DNA from: the human T2T-CHM13v2.0 reference genome, Homo sapiens
Strand: one strand, 5' to 3'
DNA: 64,000 nucleotides
NCBI RefSeq assembly: GCF_009914755.1
Contig: NC_060937.1
Part shown: positions 36,230-53,100 of the stretch, one piece after another
Layout: every line of letters begins with the position of its first letter
Position numbering within the stretch: position 1 is the stretch's first letter
Position numbers and translations under genes: made by a program
Notes under the pieces: model-generated
Database searches by the model: none
Told to the model about the DNA's origin: nothing
Seen by the model: only the letters and a program-made list of their open reading frames with translations

Positions 36230-38120
36230 TATTATATACTGTACATAAAATATGAAAGTACATGAAATATATATTTTATTCTGTACATAAAATATCAAAG
36301 TACACCAAATATATATTCTATAGTGTACATAAAATATCAAAGTACCCAAACTATACCTTATATACTGTACATAAAATATGAAATTACATCAAATATATAT
36401 TATATTAGGTACATAAAATATGAAAGTACATCAAATATAGATTATATACTGTACATAAAATACCAAAGTACCCCAAATATATATTTTATACTGTACATGA
36501 AATATCAAAGTTCAAAAACTATATATTATATACTGTACATAAAATATCAAAGTACCCAAGGTATATATTGTATACTGTACAAAAAATATCAAAGTACCCA
36601 AACATGTATTATATACTGTACATGAAATATGAAAGTACATCAAATATATATTTTATTCTGTACATAAAATATCAAAGTACACCAAATATATATTCTATAG
36701 TGTACATAAAATATCAAAGTACCCAAACTATACCTTATATACTGTACATAAAATATGAAATTACATCAAATATATATTAAATTAGGTACAGAAAATATGA
36801 AAGTACATCAAATATAGATTATATACTGTATATAAAATATCAAAGTACCCAAGGTATATATTCTATACTGTACATGAAATATCAAAGTTCACAAACTATA
36901 TATTATATACTGTACATAAAATATCAAAGTACCCAAGGTATATATTCTATACTGTACAAAAAATATCAAAGTACCCAAACATGTATTATATACTGTACAT
37001 GAAATATGAAAGTACATCAAATATATATTTTATTCTGTATATAAAATATCAAAGTACACCAAATATATATTATATAGTGTACATAAAATATCAAAGTACC
37101 CAAACTATACCTTATATACTGTACATAAAATATGAAATTACATCAAATATATATTATATTAGGTACATAAAATATGAAAGTACATCAAATATAGATTATA
37201 TACTGTACATAAAATACCAAAGTACCCCAAATATATATTTTATACTGTACATGAAATATCAAAGTTCACAAACTATATATTATATACTGTACATAAAATA
37301 TCAAAGTACCCAAGGTATATATTCTATACAGTACAAAAAATATCAAAGTACCCAAACATGTATTATATACTGTACATGAAATATGAAAGTACATCAAATA
37401 TATATTTTATTCTGTACATAAAATATCAAAGTACACCAAATATATATTCTATAGTGTACATAAAATATCAAAGTACCCAAACTATACATTATATACTGTA
37501 CATAAAATATGAAATTACATCAAATATATATTATATTAGGTACATAAAATATGAAAGTACATCAAATATAGATTATATACTGTACATAAAATACCAAAGT
37601 ACCCCAAATATATATTTTATACTGTACATGAAATATCAAAGTTCACAAACTATATATTATATACTGTACATAACATATAAAAGTACCCAAGGTATATATT
37701 CTATACTGTACAAAAAATATCAAAGTACCCAAACATGTATTATATACTGTACATGAAATATGAAAGTACATCAAATATATATTTTATTCTGTATATAAAA
37801 TATCAAAGTACACCAAATATATATTCTATAGTGTACATAAAATATCAAAGTACACAAACTATACCTTATATACTCTACATAAAATATGAAATTACATCAA
37901 ATATATATTATATTAGGTACATAAAATAGGAAAGTACATCAAATATAGATTATATACTGTACATAAAATACCAAAGTACCCCAAATATATATTTTATACT
38001 GTACATGAAATATCAAATTTCACAAACTATATATTATATACTGTACATAAAATATCAAAGTACCCAAGGTATATATTCTATACTGTACAAAAAATATCAA
38101 AGTACCCAAACATGTATTAT
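36230..38120 (+). repeat. Local run of 377-bp HORs (1-bp deletion in M3, CCCAAACATG)
   Basis: The M3 ATG falls at 36604, 36981, 37358, 37735 and 38112, an exact 377-bp spacing. Confidence 0.85.
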
Positions 38121-41100
38121 ATACTGTACATAAAATATGAAAGTACATCAAATATATATTTCATTCTGTACATAAAATATCAAAGTACACCAAATATATA
38201 TTCTATAGTGTACATAAAATATCAAAGTACCCAAACTATACATTATATACTGTACCTAAAATATGAAATTACATCAAATATGTATTATATTAGGTAAATA
38301 AAATATGAAAGTACAACAAATATAGATTATGTAATGTACATAAAATACCAAATACCCCAAATATATATTTTACACTGTACATGCAATATCAAAGCTCACA
38401 AACTATATATTATATACTGTACATAAAATATCAAAGTACAGAAGGTATATATTCTATACTGTACAAAAAATATCAAAGTACCCAAAGCATGTATTAAATA
38501 CTGTACATAAAATATGAAAGTACATCAAATATATATTTTATTCTGTACATAAAATATCAAAGTACACCAAATATATATTCTATAGTGTACATAAAATATC
38601 AAAGTACCCAAACTCTACATTATATACTGTACATAAAATATGAAATTACATCAAATCTATATAACATTAGGTACATAAAATATGAAAGTACATCAAATAT
38701 AAATTATATACTGTACATAAAATACCAAAGTACCCCAAATATATATTATATACTGTACATGAAATATCAAAGTTCACAAACTATATATTATATACTGTAC
38801 ATAAAATATCAAAGTACCCAAGGTATATATTCTATACTGTACAAAAAATATCAAAGTACCCAAAGCATGTATTATATACTGTATATAAAATATGAAAGTA
38901 CATCAAATATATATTTAATTGTGTACATAAAATATCAAAGTACACCAAATATGTATTCTATAGTGTACATAAAATATCAAAGTACCCAAACTATACATTA
39001 TATACTGTACATAAAATATGAAATTACATCAAATATATATTATATTAGGTACATAAAATATGAAAGTACATCAAATATAGATTATATACTGTACATAAAA
39101 TACCAAAGAACCCCAAATATATATTATATACTGTACATGAAATATCAAAGTTCACAAACTATATATTATATACTGTACATAAAATATCAAAGTACCCAAG
39201 GTATACATTATATACTGTACACAAAATATGAAATTACATCAAATATATGTTATATTAGGTACATAAATTATGAAAGTACATCAAATATAAATTATATACT
39301 GTACATAAAATATCAAATTACCTCAAATATATATTATATACTGTACATGAAATATCAAAGTTCACAAACTATATATTATATACTGTACATAAAATATCAA
39401 AGTACCCAAGGTATATATTCTATACTGTACAAAAAATATCAAAGTACCCAAACATGTATTATATACTGTTCATAAAATATGAAAGTACATCAAATATATA
39501 TTTAATTCTTTACATAATATATCAAAGTACACCAAATATATATTCTATAGTGTACATAAAATATCAAAGTACCCAAACTATACATTACATACTGTACATG
39601 AAATATGAAATTACATCAAATATATATTATATTAGTTACATAAAATATGAAAGTACATCAAATATAGATTATACACTGTACATAAAATTCCAAAGAACCC
39701 CAAATATATATTATATACTGTACATGAAATATCAAAGTTCACAAACTATATATTATATACTGTACATAAAATATCAAAGTACCCAAGGTATATATTCTGT
39801 ACTGTACAAAAAATATCAAAGTACCCAAAGCATGTATTATATACTGTTAATAAAATATGAAAGTACATCAAATATATATTTTATTCTGTACATAAAATAT
39901 CAAAGTACACCAAATATATATTCTATAGTGTACATAAAATATCAAATTACCCAAACTATACATTATATACTGTACATAAAATATGAAATTACATCAAATA
40001 TATATTATATTAGGTACATAAAATATGAAAGTACATCAAATATAGATTATATACTGTACATAAAATACCAAAGAACCCCAAATATATATTATATACTGTA
40101 CATGAAATATCAAAGTTCACAAACTATATATTATATACTGTACATAAAATATCAAAGTACCCAAGGTATATATTCTATACTGTACAAAAAATATCAAAGT
40201 ACCCAAAGCATGTATGATATACTGTTCATAAAATATGAAAGTACATCAAATATATATTTTATTCTGTACATAAAATATCAAAGTACACCAAATATATATT
40301 CTATAGTGTACATAAAATATCAAATTACCCAAACTATACATGATATACTGTACATAAAATATGAAATTACATCAAATATATATTATATTAGGTACATAAA
40401 ATATGAAAGTACCTCCAATATAGATTATATACTGTACATAAAATACCAAAGAACCCCAAATATATATTATATACTGTACATGAAATATCAAAGTTCACAA
40501 AGTATATATTATATACTGTACATAAAATATCAAAGTACCCAAGGTATATATTCTATACTGTACAAAATATCAAATTACCCAAAACAGGTATTATATACTG
40601 TTCATAAAATATGAAAGTACATCAAATATATATTTTATTCTGTACATAAAATATCAAAGTACACCAAATATATATTCTATAGTGTACAAAAAATATCAAA
40701 GTACCCAAACTATACATTATATACTGTACATAAAATATGAAATTACATCAAATATATATTATATTAGGTACATAAAATATGAAAGTACATGAAATATATA
40801 TTATATACTGTACATAAAATACCAAAGTACCCCAAATATATATATTATATTGTACATGAAATATCAAAGTTCACAAACTATATATTATATACTGTACATA
40901 AAATATGAATGTATCCAAGGTATATATTCTATACTATACAAAAAGTATCAAAGTTCCCAAAACATGTATTATATACTGTACATAAAATATGAAAGTGCAT
41001 CAAATATATATTTTATTCTGTACATAAAATATCAAAGTACACCAAATATATATTCTATACTGTACAAAAAATATCAAAGCACCCAAACTATACATTATGT

Positions 41101-41699
41101 ACTGTACATAAAATATGAAATTACATCAAATATATATTAGTTACCTAAAATATGAAAGTACATCAAATATAGATTATATCCTCTACGTAAAATACCAAAG
41201 TACCCCAAATAAATATTTTATACTGTACATGAAATATCAAAGTTCACAAACTATATATTATATACTGCACATAAAATATCAAATCACCCAAGGTATATAT
41301 TCTATACTATACAAAAAATATCAAAGTACCCAAAGCATGTATTATATACTGTACATAAAATAGGAAAGTACATCAAATATATATTTTATTCTGTACATAA
41401 AATATCAAAGTACACCAAATATATATTCTATAGTGTACATAAAATATCAAAGTACCCAAACTATACATTACATACTGTATATGAAATATGAAATTACATC
41501 AAATATATATTATATTAGTTACATAAAATATGAAAGTACATCAAATATAGATTATACACTGTACATAAAATACCAAAGAACCCCAAATATATATTATATA
41601 CTGTACATGAAATATCAAAGTTCACAAACTATATATTATATACTGTACATAAAATATCAAAGTACCCAAGGTATATATTCTGTACTGTACAAAAAATAT

Positions 41700-44100
41700 C
41701 AAAGTACCGAAAGCATGTATTATATACTGTACATAAAATATGAAAGTACATGAAATATATATTTTATTCTGTACAAAAAATATCAAAGTACACCAAATAT
41801 ATATTCTATAGTGTACATAAAATATCAAAGTACCCAAACTATACGTTACATACTGTACATAAAATGTGAAATTACATCAAATATATATTATATTAGGTAC
41901 ATAAAATATGAAAGTACATCAAATATAGTTTATATACTGTACATAAAATACCAAAGTACCCCAAATATATATTTTATACTGTACATGAAATATCAAAGTT
42001 CACAAACTATATATTATATACTGTACATAAAATATGAATGTACCCAAGGTATATATTCTATACTGTACAAACAGTATCAAAGTACCCAAACCATGTATTA
42101 TATACTGTACATAAAATATGAAAGTACATCAAATATATATTTTATTCTGTACATAAAATATCAAAGTACACCAAATATATATTCTATAGTGTACATAAAA
42201 TATTAAAGTACAAAAACTATACAATATATACTGTTCATAAAATATGAAATTACATCAAATATATATTATATTAGGTATATAAAATATTAAAGTACATCAA
42301 ATATAGATTATATACTGTACATAAAATACCATAGTACCCCAAATATATATTTTATACTGTACATGAAATATCCAAGTTCACAAACTATATATTATATACT
42401 GTACATAAAATATCAAAGTACCCAAGGTATATATTTTATACTGTACAAAAAATATCAAAGTACCGAAAGCATGTATTATATACTGTACATAAAATATGAA
42501 AGTACATGAAATATATATTTTATACTGTACATAAAATATCAAAGTACACCAAATATATATTCTATAGTGTACATAAAATATCAAAATACCCAAACTATAC
42601 GTTACATACTGTACATAAAATATGAAATTACATCAAATATATATTATATTAGGTACATAAAATATGAAAGTACATCAAATATAGATTATATACTGTACAT
42701 AAAATACCAAAGTACCCCAAATATATATTTTATACTCTACATGAAATATCAAAGTTCACAAACTATATATTATATACTGTACATAAAATATGAATGTACC
42801 CAAGGTATATATTCTATACTGTACAAACAGTATCAAAGTACCCAAACCATGTACTATATACTGTACATAAAATATGAAAGTGCATCAAATATATATTTTA
42901 TTCTGTACATAAAATATCAAAGTACACCAAATATATATTCTATAGTGTACATAAAATATTAAAGTACAAAAACTATACAATATATACTGTTCATAAAATA
43001 TGAAATTACATCAAATATATATTATATTAGGTACATAAAATATGAAAGTACATCAAATATAGATTATATACTGTACATAAAATACCAAAGTACCCCAAAT
43101 ATATATTTTATACTGTACATGAAATATCGAAGTTCACAAACTATATATTATATACTGTACATAAAATATCAAAGTACCCAAGGTATATATTTTATACCGT
43201 ACAAAAAATATCAAAGTACCGAAAGCATGTATTATATACTGTACATAAAATATGAAAGTACATGAAATATATATTTTATTCTGTACAAAAAATATCAAAG
43301 TACACCAAATATATATTCTATAGTGTACATAAAATATCAAAGTACCCAAACTATACATTACATACTGTACATAAAATATGAAACTACATCAAACATATAT
43401 TATATTAGGTACATAAAATATGAAAGTACATCAAATATAGATTATATACTGTACATAAAATACCAAAGTACCCCAAATATATATTTTATACTGTACATGA
43501 AATATCAAAGTTCACAAACTATATATTATATACTGCACATAAAATATCAAAGTACCCAAGTTATATATTCTATACTGTACAAAAAATATCAAAGTACCCA
43601 AACCATGTATTATATACTGTACACAAAATATGAATGTACATCAAATATATATTTTATCCTGTACATAAAATATCAAAGTACACCAAATATATATTCTATA
43701 GTGTACATAAAATATTAAACTACAAAAACTATACATTATATACTGTTCATAAAATATGAAATTACATCAAATATATATTATATTAGGTACATAAAATATG
43801 AAAGTATATCAAATATAGATTATATACTGTACATAATATACCAAAGTACCCCAAATATATATTTTATACTGTCCATGAAATATCCAAGTTCACAAACTAT
43901 ATATTATGTACTGTACATAAAATATCAAAGTACCCAAGGTATACATTTTATACTGTACAAAAAATATCAAAGTACTGAAAGCATGTATTATATACTGTAC
44001 ATAAAATATGAAAGTACATGAAATATATATTTTATTCTGTACAAAAAATATCAAAGTACACCAAATATATATTCTATAGTGTACATAAAATATCAAAGTA
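41700..44100 (+). repeat. Local 756-bp (2x378, 18-monomer) periodicity
   Basis: ORF starts at 41811, 42567, 43323 and 44079, and minus-strand ORF ends at 41622, 42378, 43134 and 43890, are all 756 apart. HORs with different diagnostic variants alternate. Confidence 0.85.
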
Positions 44101-47100
44101 CCCAAACTATACATTATATACTGTACATAAAATATGAAATTACATCAAATAAATATTATGTTATGTACAGAAAATATGAAAATACATCAAATATAGATTA
44201 TATACTGTACATAAAATATCAAAGCACCCCAAATATATATTATATACTCTACATGAAATATCAAATTTCACAAACTATATATTATATACTGCACATAAAA
44301 TATCATAGTACCCAAGGTATATATTCTATACTCTACAAAAAATATCAAAGTACGCAAAGCATGTATTATATACTGTACATAAAATATGAAAGTACATCAA
44401 ATATATATTTTATTCTGTACATAAAATATCAAAGTACACCAAATATATATTCTATACTGTACATAAAATACCAAAGTACCCAAACTATACATTATATAGT
44501 GTACATAAAATATGAAATTACATCAAATATATATTATATTAGGTACAGAAAATATGAAAATACATCCAATATAGATTATATACTGTACATAAAATACCAA
44601 AGGACCACAAATGTATATTTTATACTGTACATGAAATATCAAAGTTCACAAGCTATATATCATATACTGTACATAAAATATCAAAGTACTCAAGGTATAT
44701 ATTCTATACTGTACAAAAAATATCAAAGTACCCAAAACATGTATTATATACTGTACATAAAATATGAAAGTACATCAAATATATATTTTATTCTGTACAT
44801 AAAATATCAAAGTACACCAAAGATATATTCTATAGTGTACATAAAATATCAAAGTAGCCAAACTATACATTATATACTGTACATAAAATATGAAATTACA
44901 TCAAATATATATTATATTAGGTACATAAAATATGAAAGTACATCAAATATAGATTATATACTGTACATAAAATACCAAAGTACCCCAAATATATATATTA
45001 TATTGTACATGAAATATCAAAGTTCACAAACTATATATTATATACTGTACATAAAATATCAAAGTACCCAAGGTATATATTCTATACTGTACAAAAAATA
45101 TCAAAGTACCCAAAGCATGTATTATATACTGTACATGAAATATGAAAGTACATCAAATATATATTTTATTCTGTACATAAAATATCAAAGTACACCAAAT
45201 ATATATTCTATACTGTACATAAAATATCAAAGTACCCAAACTATACATTATATACTGTACGTAAAATATGAAATTACATCAAATATATATTATATTAGGT
45301 ACATAAAATATGAAAGTACATCAAATATAGATTATATACTGTACATAAAATACCAAAGTACCACAAATATATATTTTTTACTGTACATGAGATATCAAAG
45401 TTCACAAACTATATATTATATACTGTACATAAAATATCAAAGTACTCAAGGTATATATTCTATACTGTACAAAAAATATCAAAGTACCCAAAGCATGTAT
45501 TATATACTGTACATAAAATATGAAAGTACATGAAATATATTTTTATTCTGTACAAAAAATATCAAAGTACACCAAATATATATTCTATACTGTACATAAA
45601 ATATTAAAGTACCCAAACTATACATTATATACTGTACATAAAATATGAATTTAAATCAAATATATATTATATTAGGTACAGAAAATATGAAAGTACATCA
45701 AATATAGATTATATACTCTACATAAAATATCAAAGTACCCCAAATATATATAATATACTGTACATGAAATATCAAAGTTCACAAACTATATATTATATAC
45801 TGTACATAAAATATGAATGTACCCAAGGTATATATTCTATACTATACAAAAACTATCAAAGTACCCAAAACATGTATTATATACTATATATAAAATATGA
45901 AAGTGCATCAAATATATATTTTATTCTGTACATAAAATAAAAAAGTACACCAAATATATATTCTATACTGTACATAAAATATCAAAGTACACAAACTATA
46001 CATTATATACAGAACATAAAATATGAAATTACATCAAATATATATTAGTTACATAAAATATTAAAGTACATCAAATATAGATTATATACTGTACTTAAAA
46101 TACCAAAGTACCCCAAATATATATATTATATTGTACATGAAATATCAAAGTTCACAAACTATATATTATATACTGCACATAAAATATCAAATCACCCAAG
46201 GTATATATTCTATACTGTACAAAAAATATCAAAGTACCCAAAGCATGTATTATATACTGTACATAAAATATGAAAGTACATCAAATATATATTTTATTCT
46301 GTACATAAAATATCAAAGTACACCAAATATATATTCTATAGTGTACATAAAATATCAAAGTACCCAAACTATACATTATATACTGTACATAAAATATGAA
46401 ATTACATCAAATATATATTATATTAGGTACATAAAATATGAAAGTACATCAAAAATAGATTATATACTGTACATAAAATACCAAAGTACCCCATATAAAT
46501 ATTTTATACTGAACATGAAATATCAAAATTCACAAACTATATATTATATACTGTACATAAAATATCAAATCACCCATGGTATCTATTCTATACTGTACAA
46601 AAAATATCAAAGAACCCAAAGCATGTATTATATACTGTACATAAAATATGAAAGTTCATCAAATATATATTTTATTCTGTACATAAAATATCAAAGTACA
46701 CCAAATATATATTATAAACTGTACATGCAATATCAAAGTTCACAAACTATATATCATATACTGTACATAAAATATCAAAGTACCGAAGGTATATATTCTA
46801 TACTGTCCAAAAAATATCAAAGTACCCAAAGCATGTATTATATACTGTACATAAAATATGAAAGTACATCAAATATATATTTTATTCTGTACATAAAATA
46901 TCAAAGTACACCAAATATATATTCTATAGTGTACATAAAATATCAAAGTACCCAAACTATACATTATATACTGTACATAAAATATGAAATTACATCAAAT
47001 ATATATTATAATAGGTACATAAAATATGAAAGTACATCAAATATAAATTATATACTGTACATAAAATACCAAAGAACCCCAAATATGTATTATATACTGT

Positions 47101-50100
47101 ACATGAAATATCAAAGTTCACAAACTATATATTATATACTGTACATAAAATATCAAAGTACCCAAGGTATATATTCTATACTGTACAAAAAATATCAAAG
47201 TACCCAAAGCATGTATTATATACTGTACATAAAATATGAAAGTACATCAAATATATATTTTATTCTGTACATAAAATATCAAAGTACACCAAATATATAT
47301 TCTATAGTGTACATAAAATATCAAAGTACCCAAACTATACATTATATACTGTACATAAAACATGAAATTACATCCAATATTTATTATATTAGGTCCATAA
47401 AATATGAAAGTACATCAAATATAAATTATATACTGTACATAAAATACCAAAGTACCCCAAATATATATTATATACTGTACATGAAATATCAAAGTTCACA
47501 AACTATATATTATATACTGTACATAAAATATCAAAGTACCCAAGGTATATATTCTATACTGTACAAAAAATATCAAAGTACCCAAAGCATGTATTATGTA
47601 CTGTACATAAAATATGAAAGTACATCAAATATATATTTTATTCTGTACATAAAATATCAAAGTACACTAAATATATATTCTATAGTGCACATAAAATATC
47701 AAAGTACCCAAACTATACATTATATACTGTACATAAAATATGAAATTACATCAAATATATATTATATTAGGTACATAAAATATGAAAGTACATCAAATAT
47801 AGATTATATACTGTACATAAAATACCAAAGTATCCCAAATACATATTATATACTGTACATGAAATATCAAAGTTCACAAACTATATATTATATACTGTAC
47901 ATAAAATATCAAAGTACCCAAGGTATATATTCTATACTGTACAAAAAATATCAAAGTACCCAAAGCAAGTATTATATACTGTACATAAAATATGAAAGTA
48001 CATCAAATATATATTTTATTCTGTACATAAAATATCAAAGTACACCAAATATATATTCTATACTGTACAAAAAATATCAAAGTACCCAAAGCAAGTATTA
48101 TATACTGTACATAAAATATGAAATTACATCAAATATATATTATATTATGTACATAAAATATGAAAGTACATCAAATATATATTATATACTGTACATAAAA
48201 TACCAAAGTACCCCAAATATATATTATAAACTGTACATGCAATATCAAAGTTCACAAACTATATATCATATACTGTACATAAAATATCAAAGTACCGAAG
48301 GTATATATTCTATACTGTCCAAAAAATATCAAAGTACCCAAAGCATGTATTATATACTGTACATAAAATATGAAAGTACATCAAATATATATTTTATTCT
48401 GTACATAAAATATCAAAGTACACCAAATATATATTCTATAGTGTACATAAAATATCAAAGTACCCAAACTATACATTATATACTGTAGATAAAACATGAA
48501 ATTACATCCAATATATATTATATTAGGTACATAAAATATGAAAGTACATCAAATATAAATTATATACTGTACATAAATTCCAAAGTACCCCAAATATATA
48601 TTATATACTGTACATGAAATATCAAAGTTCACAAACTATATATTATATACTATACATAAAATATCAAAGTACCCACGGTATATATTCTACACTGTACAAA
48701 AAATATCAAAGTACCCAAAGCATGTATTATATACTGTACATAAAATATGAAAGTACATCAAATATATATTTTATACTGTACATAAAATATCAAAGTACAC
48801 TAAATATATATTCTATAGTGTACATAAAATATCAAAGTACCCAAACTATACATTATATACTGTACAGAAAATATGAAATTACATCAAATATATATTATAT
48901 TAGGTATATAAAATATGAAAGTACATCAAATATAGATTATATACTGTACATAAAATACCAAAGTACCCCAAATACATATTATATACTGTACATGAAATAT
49001 CAAAGTTCACAAACTATATATTATATACTGTACATAAAATATCAAAGTACCCATGGTATATATTCTATACTGTACAAAAAATATCAAAGTACCCAAAGCA
49101 AGTAGTATATACTGTACATAAAATATGAAAGTACATCAAATATATATTTCATTCTGTACATAAAATATCAAAGTACACCAAATATATATTCCATAGTGTA
49201 CATAAAATATCAAAGTACCCAAACTATACATTATATACTGTACATAAAATATGAAATTACATCAAATATATATTATATTACATACATAAAATATGAAAGT
49301 ACATCAAATATAAATTATATACTGTACATGAAATACCAAAGTACACCAAATATATATTATATACTGTACATGAAATATCAAAGTTCACAAACTATATATT
49401 ATATACTGTACATAAAATATCAAAGTACCCAAGGTATATATTCTATACTGTACAAAAAATATCAAAGTACGCAAAGCATGTATTATATACTGTTAATAAA
49501 ATATGAAAGTACATCAAATATATATTTTATTCTGTACATAAAATATCAAAGTACCCAAACAATACATTATATACTGTACATAAAATATGAAATTACATCA
49601 AATATATATTATAATAGGTACACAAAATATGAAAGTACATCAAATATAAATTATATACTGTACATAAAATACCAAAGAACCCCAAATATATTATATACTG
49701 TACATGAAATATCAAAGTTCAGAAACTATATATTATATACTGTTCATAAAATATCAAAGTACCGAAAGTATATATTCTATACTATACAAAAAATATCAAA
49801 GTACCCAAAGCATGTATTATATACTGTTCATAAAATATGAAAGTACATCAAATATATATTTTATTCTGTACATAAAATATCAAAGTACACTAAATATATA
49901 TTCTATAGTGTACATAAAATATCAAAGTACCCAAACTATACATTATATACTGTACATAAAATATGAAATTACATCAAATATATATTATATTAGGTACATA
50001 AAATATGAAAGTACATCAAATATATATTATATACTGTACATAACATACCAAAGTACCCCAAATACATATTATATACTGTACATGAAATATCAAAATTCAC

Positions 50101-53100
50101 AAACTATATATTACTTACTGTACATAAAATATCAAAGTACCGAAGGTATATATTCTATACTGTACAAAACATATCAAAGTACCCAAAGCATGTATTATAT
50201 AGTGTACATAAAATATGAAAGCACATCAAATATATATTTTATTCTGTACATAAAATATCAAAGTACACCAAATATATATTCTATAGTGTACATAAAATAT
50301 CAAAGTACCCAAACTATACATTATATACTGTACATAAAACATGAAATTACATCCAATATATATTATATTAGGTACATAAAATATGAAAGTACATCAAATA
50401 TAAATTATATACTGTACATAAAATACCAAAGTACCCCAAATATATATTATATACTGTACATGAAATATCAAAGTTCACAAACTATATATTATATACTGTA
50501 CATAAAATATCAAAGTACCCAAGGTATATATTCTACACTGTACAAAAAATATCAAAGTACCCAAAGCATGTATTATATACTGTACATAAAATATGAAAGT
50601 ACATCAAATATATATTTTATACTGTACATAAAATATCAAAGCACACTAAATATATATTCTATAGTGTACATAAAATATCAAAGTACCCAAACTATACATT
50701 ATATACTGTACATAAAATATGAAATTACATCAAATATATATTATATTAGGTACATAAAATATGAAAGTACATCAAATATAGATTATATACTGTACATAAA
50801 ATACCAAAGTACCCCAAATACATATAATATACTGTACATGAAATATCAAAGTTCACAAACTATATATTATATACTGTACATAAAATATCAAAGTACCCAA
50901 GGTATATATTCTATACTGTACAAAAAATATCAAAGTACCCAAAGCATGTATTATATACTGTACACAAAATATGAAAGTACATCAAATATATATTTTATTC
51001 TGTACATAAAATATCAAAGTACACCAAATATATATTCTATAGTGTACATAAAATGTCAAAGTACCCAAACTATACATTATATACTGTACATAAAATATGA
51101 AATTACATCAAATATATATTATATTAGGTACATAAAATATGAAAGTACATCAAATATAAATTATATACTGTACATAAAATACCAAAGTACCCCAAATATA
51201 TATTATATACTGTACATGGAATATCAAAGTTCACAAACTATATATTATATACTGTACATAAAATATCAAAGTACCCAAGGTATATATTCTATACTCTACA
51301 AAAAATATCAAAGTACCCAAAGCATGTATTATATACGGTACTTAAAATATGAAAGTACATCAAATATATATTTTATTCTGTACATAAAATATCAAAGTAC
51401 CCTAAGTATATATTCTATAGTGTACATAAAATATCAAAGTACCCAAACTATACATTATATACTGTACATAAAATATGAAATTACATCAAATATATATTAT
51501 ATTAGGTACATAAAATATGAAAGTACATCAAAGATAGATTATATACTGTACATAAAATACCAAATTCCCCCAAATACATATTATATACTGTACATGAAAT
51601 ATCAAAGTTCACAAACTATATATTATATACTGTACATAAAATATCAAAGTACCCAAGGTATATATTCTATACTGTACAAAAAATATCAAAGTACCCAAAG
51701 CAAGTATTATATACTGTACATAAAATATGAAAGTACATCAAATATATATTTTATTCTGTACATAAAATATCAAAGTACACCAAATATATATTCTATAGTG
51801 TACATAAAATATCAAAGTACCCAAACTATACATTATAAACTGTACATAAAATATGAAATTACATCAAATATATACTATATTATGTACATAAAATATGAAA
51901 GTACATCAAATATAGATTATATACTGTATGTAAAATACCAAAGTACCCAAAATAAATATTTTATACTGTACATGCAGTATCAAAGTTCACAAACTATATA
52001 TTATATACTGTACATAAAATATCAAAGTACCGAAGGTATATATTCTATACTGTACAAAAAATATCAAAGTATCCCAAGCATGTATTATATACTGTACATA
52101 AAATATGAAAGTACATCAAATATATATTTTCTTCTGTACATAAAATATCAAAGTACACCAAATATATATTCTATAGTGTACATAAAATATAAATGTACAA
52201 AAACTATACATTATATACTGTACATAAAATATGAAATTACATCAAATATATATTATATTAGGTACCTAAAATATGAAAGTACATCAAATATAGATTATAT
52301 ACTGTACATAAAATACCAAAGAACCCCAAATATGTATTATATACTGTACATGAAATATCAAAGTTCACAAACTATATATTATATACTGTACATAAAATAT
52401 CAAAGTACCCAAGGTATATATTCTATACTGTACAAAAAATATCAAAGTACCCAAAGCATGTATTATATACTGTACATAAAATATGAAAGTACATCAAATA
52501 TATATTTTATTCTGTACATAAAATATCAAAGTACACCAAATATATATTCTATAGTGTACATAAAATATCAAAGTACCCAAACTATACATTATATACTGTA
52601 CATAAAACATGAAATTACATCCAATATTTATTATATTAGGTCCATAAAATATGAAAGTACATCAAATATAAATTATATACTGTACATAAAATACCAAAGT
52701 ACCCCAAATATATATTATATACTGTACATGAAATATCAAAGTTCACAAACTATATATTATATACTGTACATAAAATATCAAAGTACCCAAGGTATATATT
52801 CTATACTGTACAAAAAATATCAAAGTACCCAAAGCATGTATTATGTACTGTACATAAAATATGAAAGTACATCAAATATATATTTTATTCTGTACATAAA
52901 ATATCAAAGTACACTAAATATATATTCTATAGTGCACATAAAATATCAAAGTACCCAAACTATACATTATATACTGTACATAAAATATGAAATTACATCA
53001 AATATATATTATATTAGGTACATAAAATATGAAAGTACATCAAATATAGATTATATACTGTACATAAAATACCAAAGTACCCCAAATACATATTATATAC

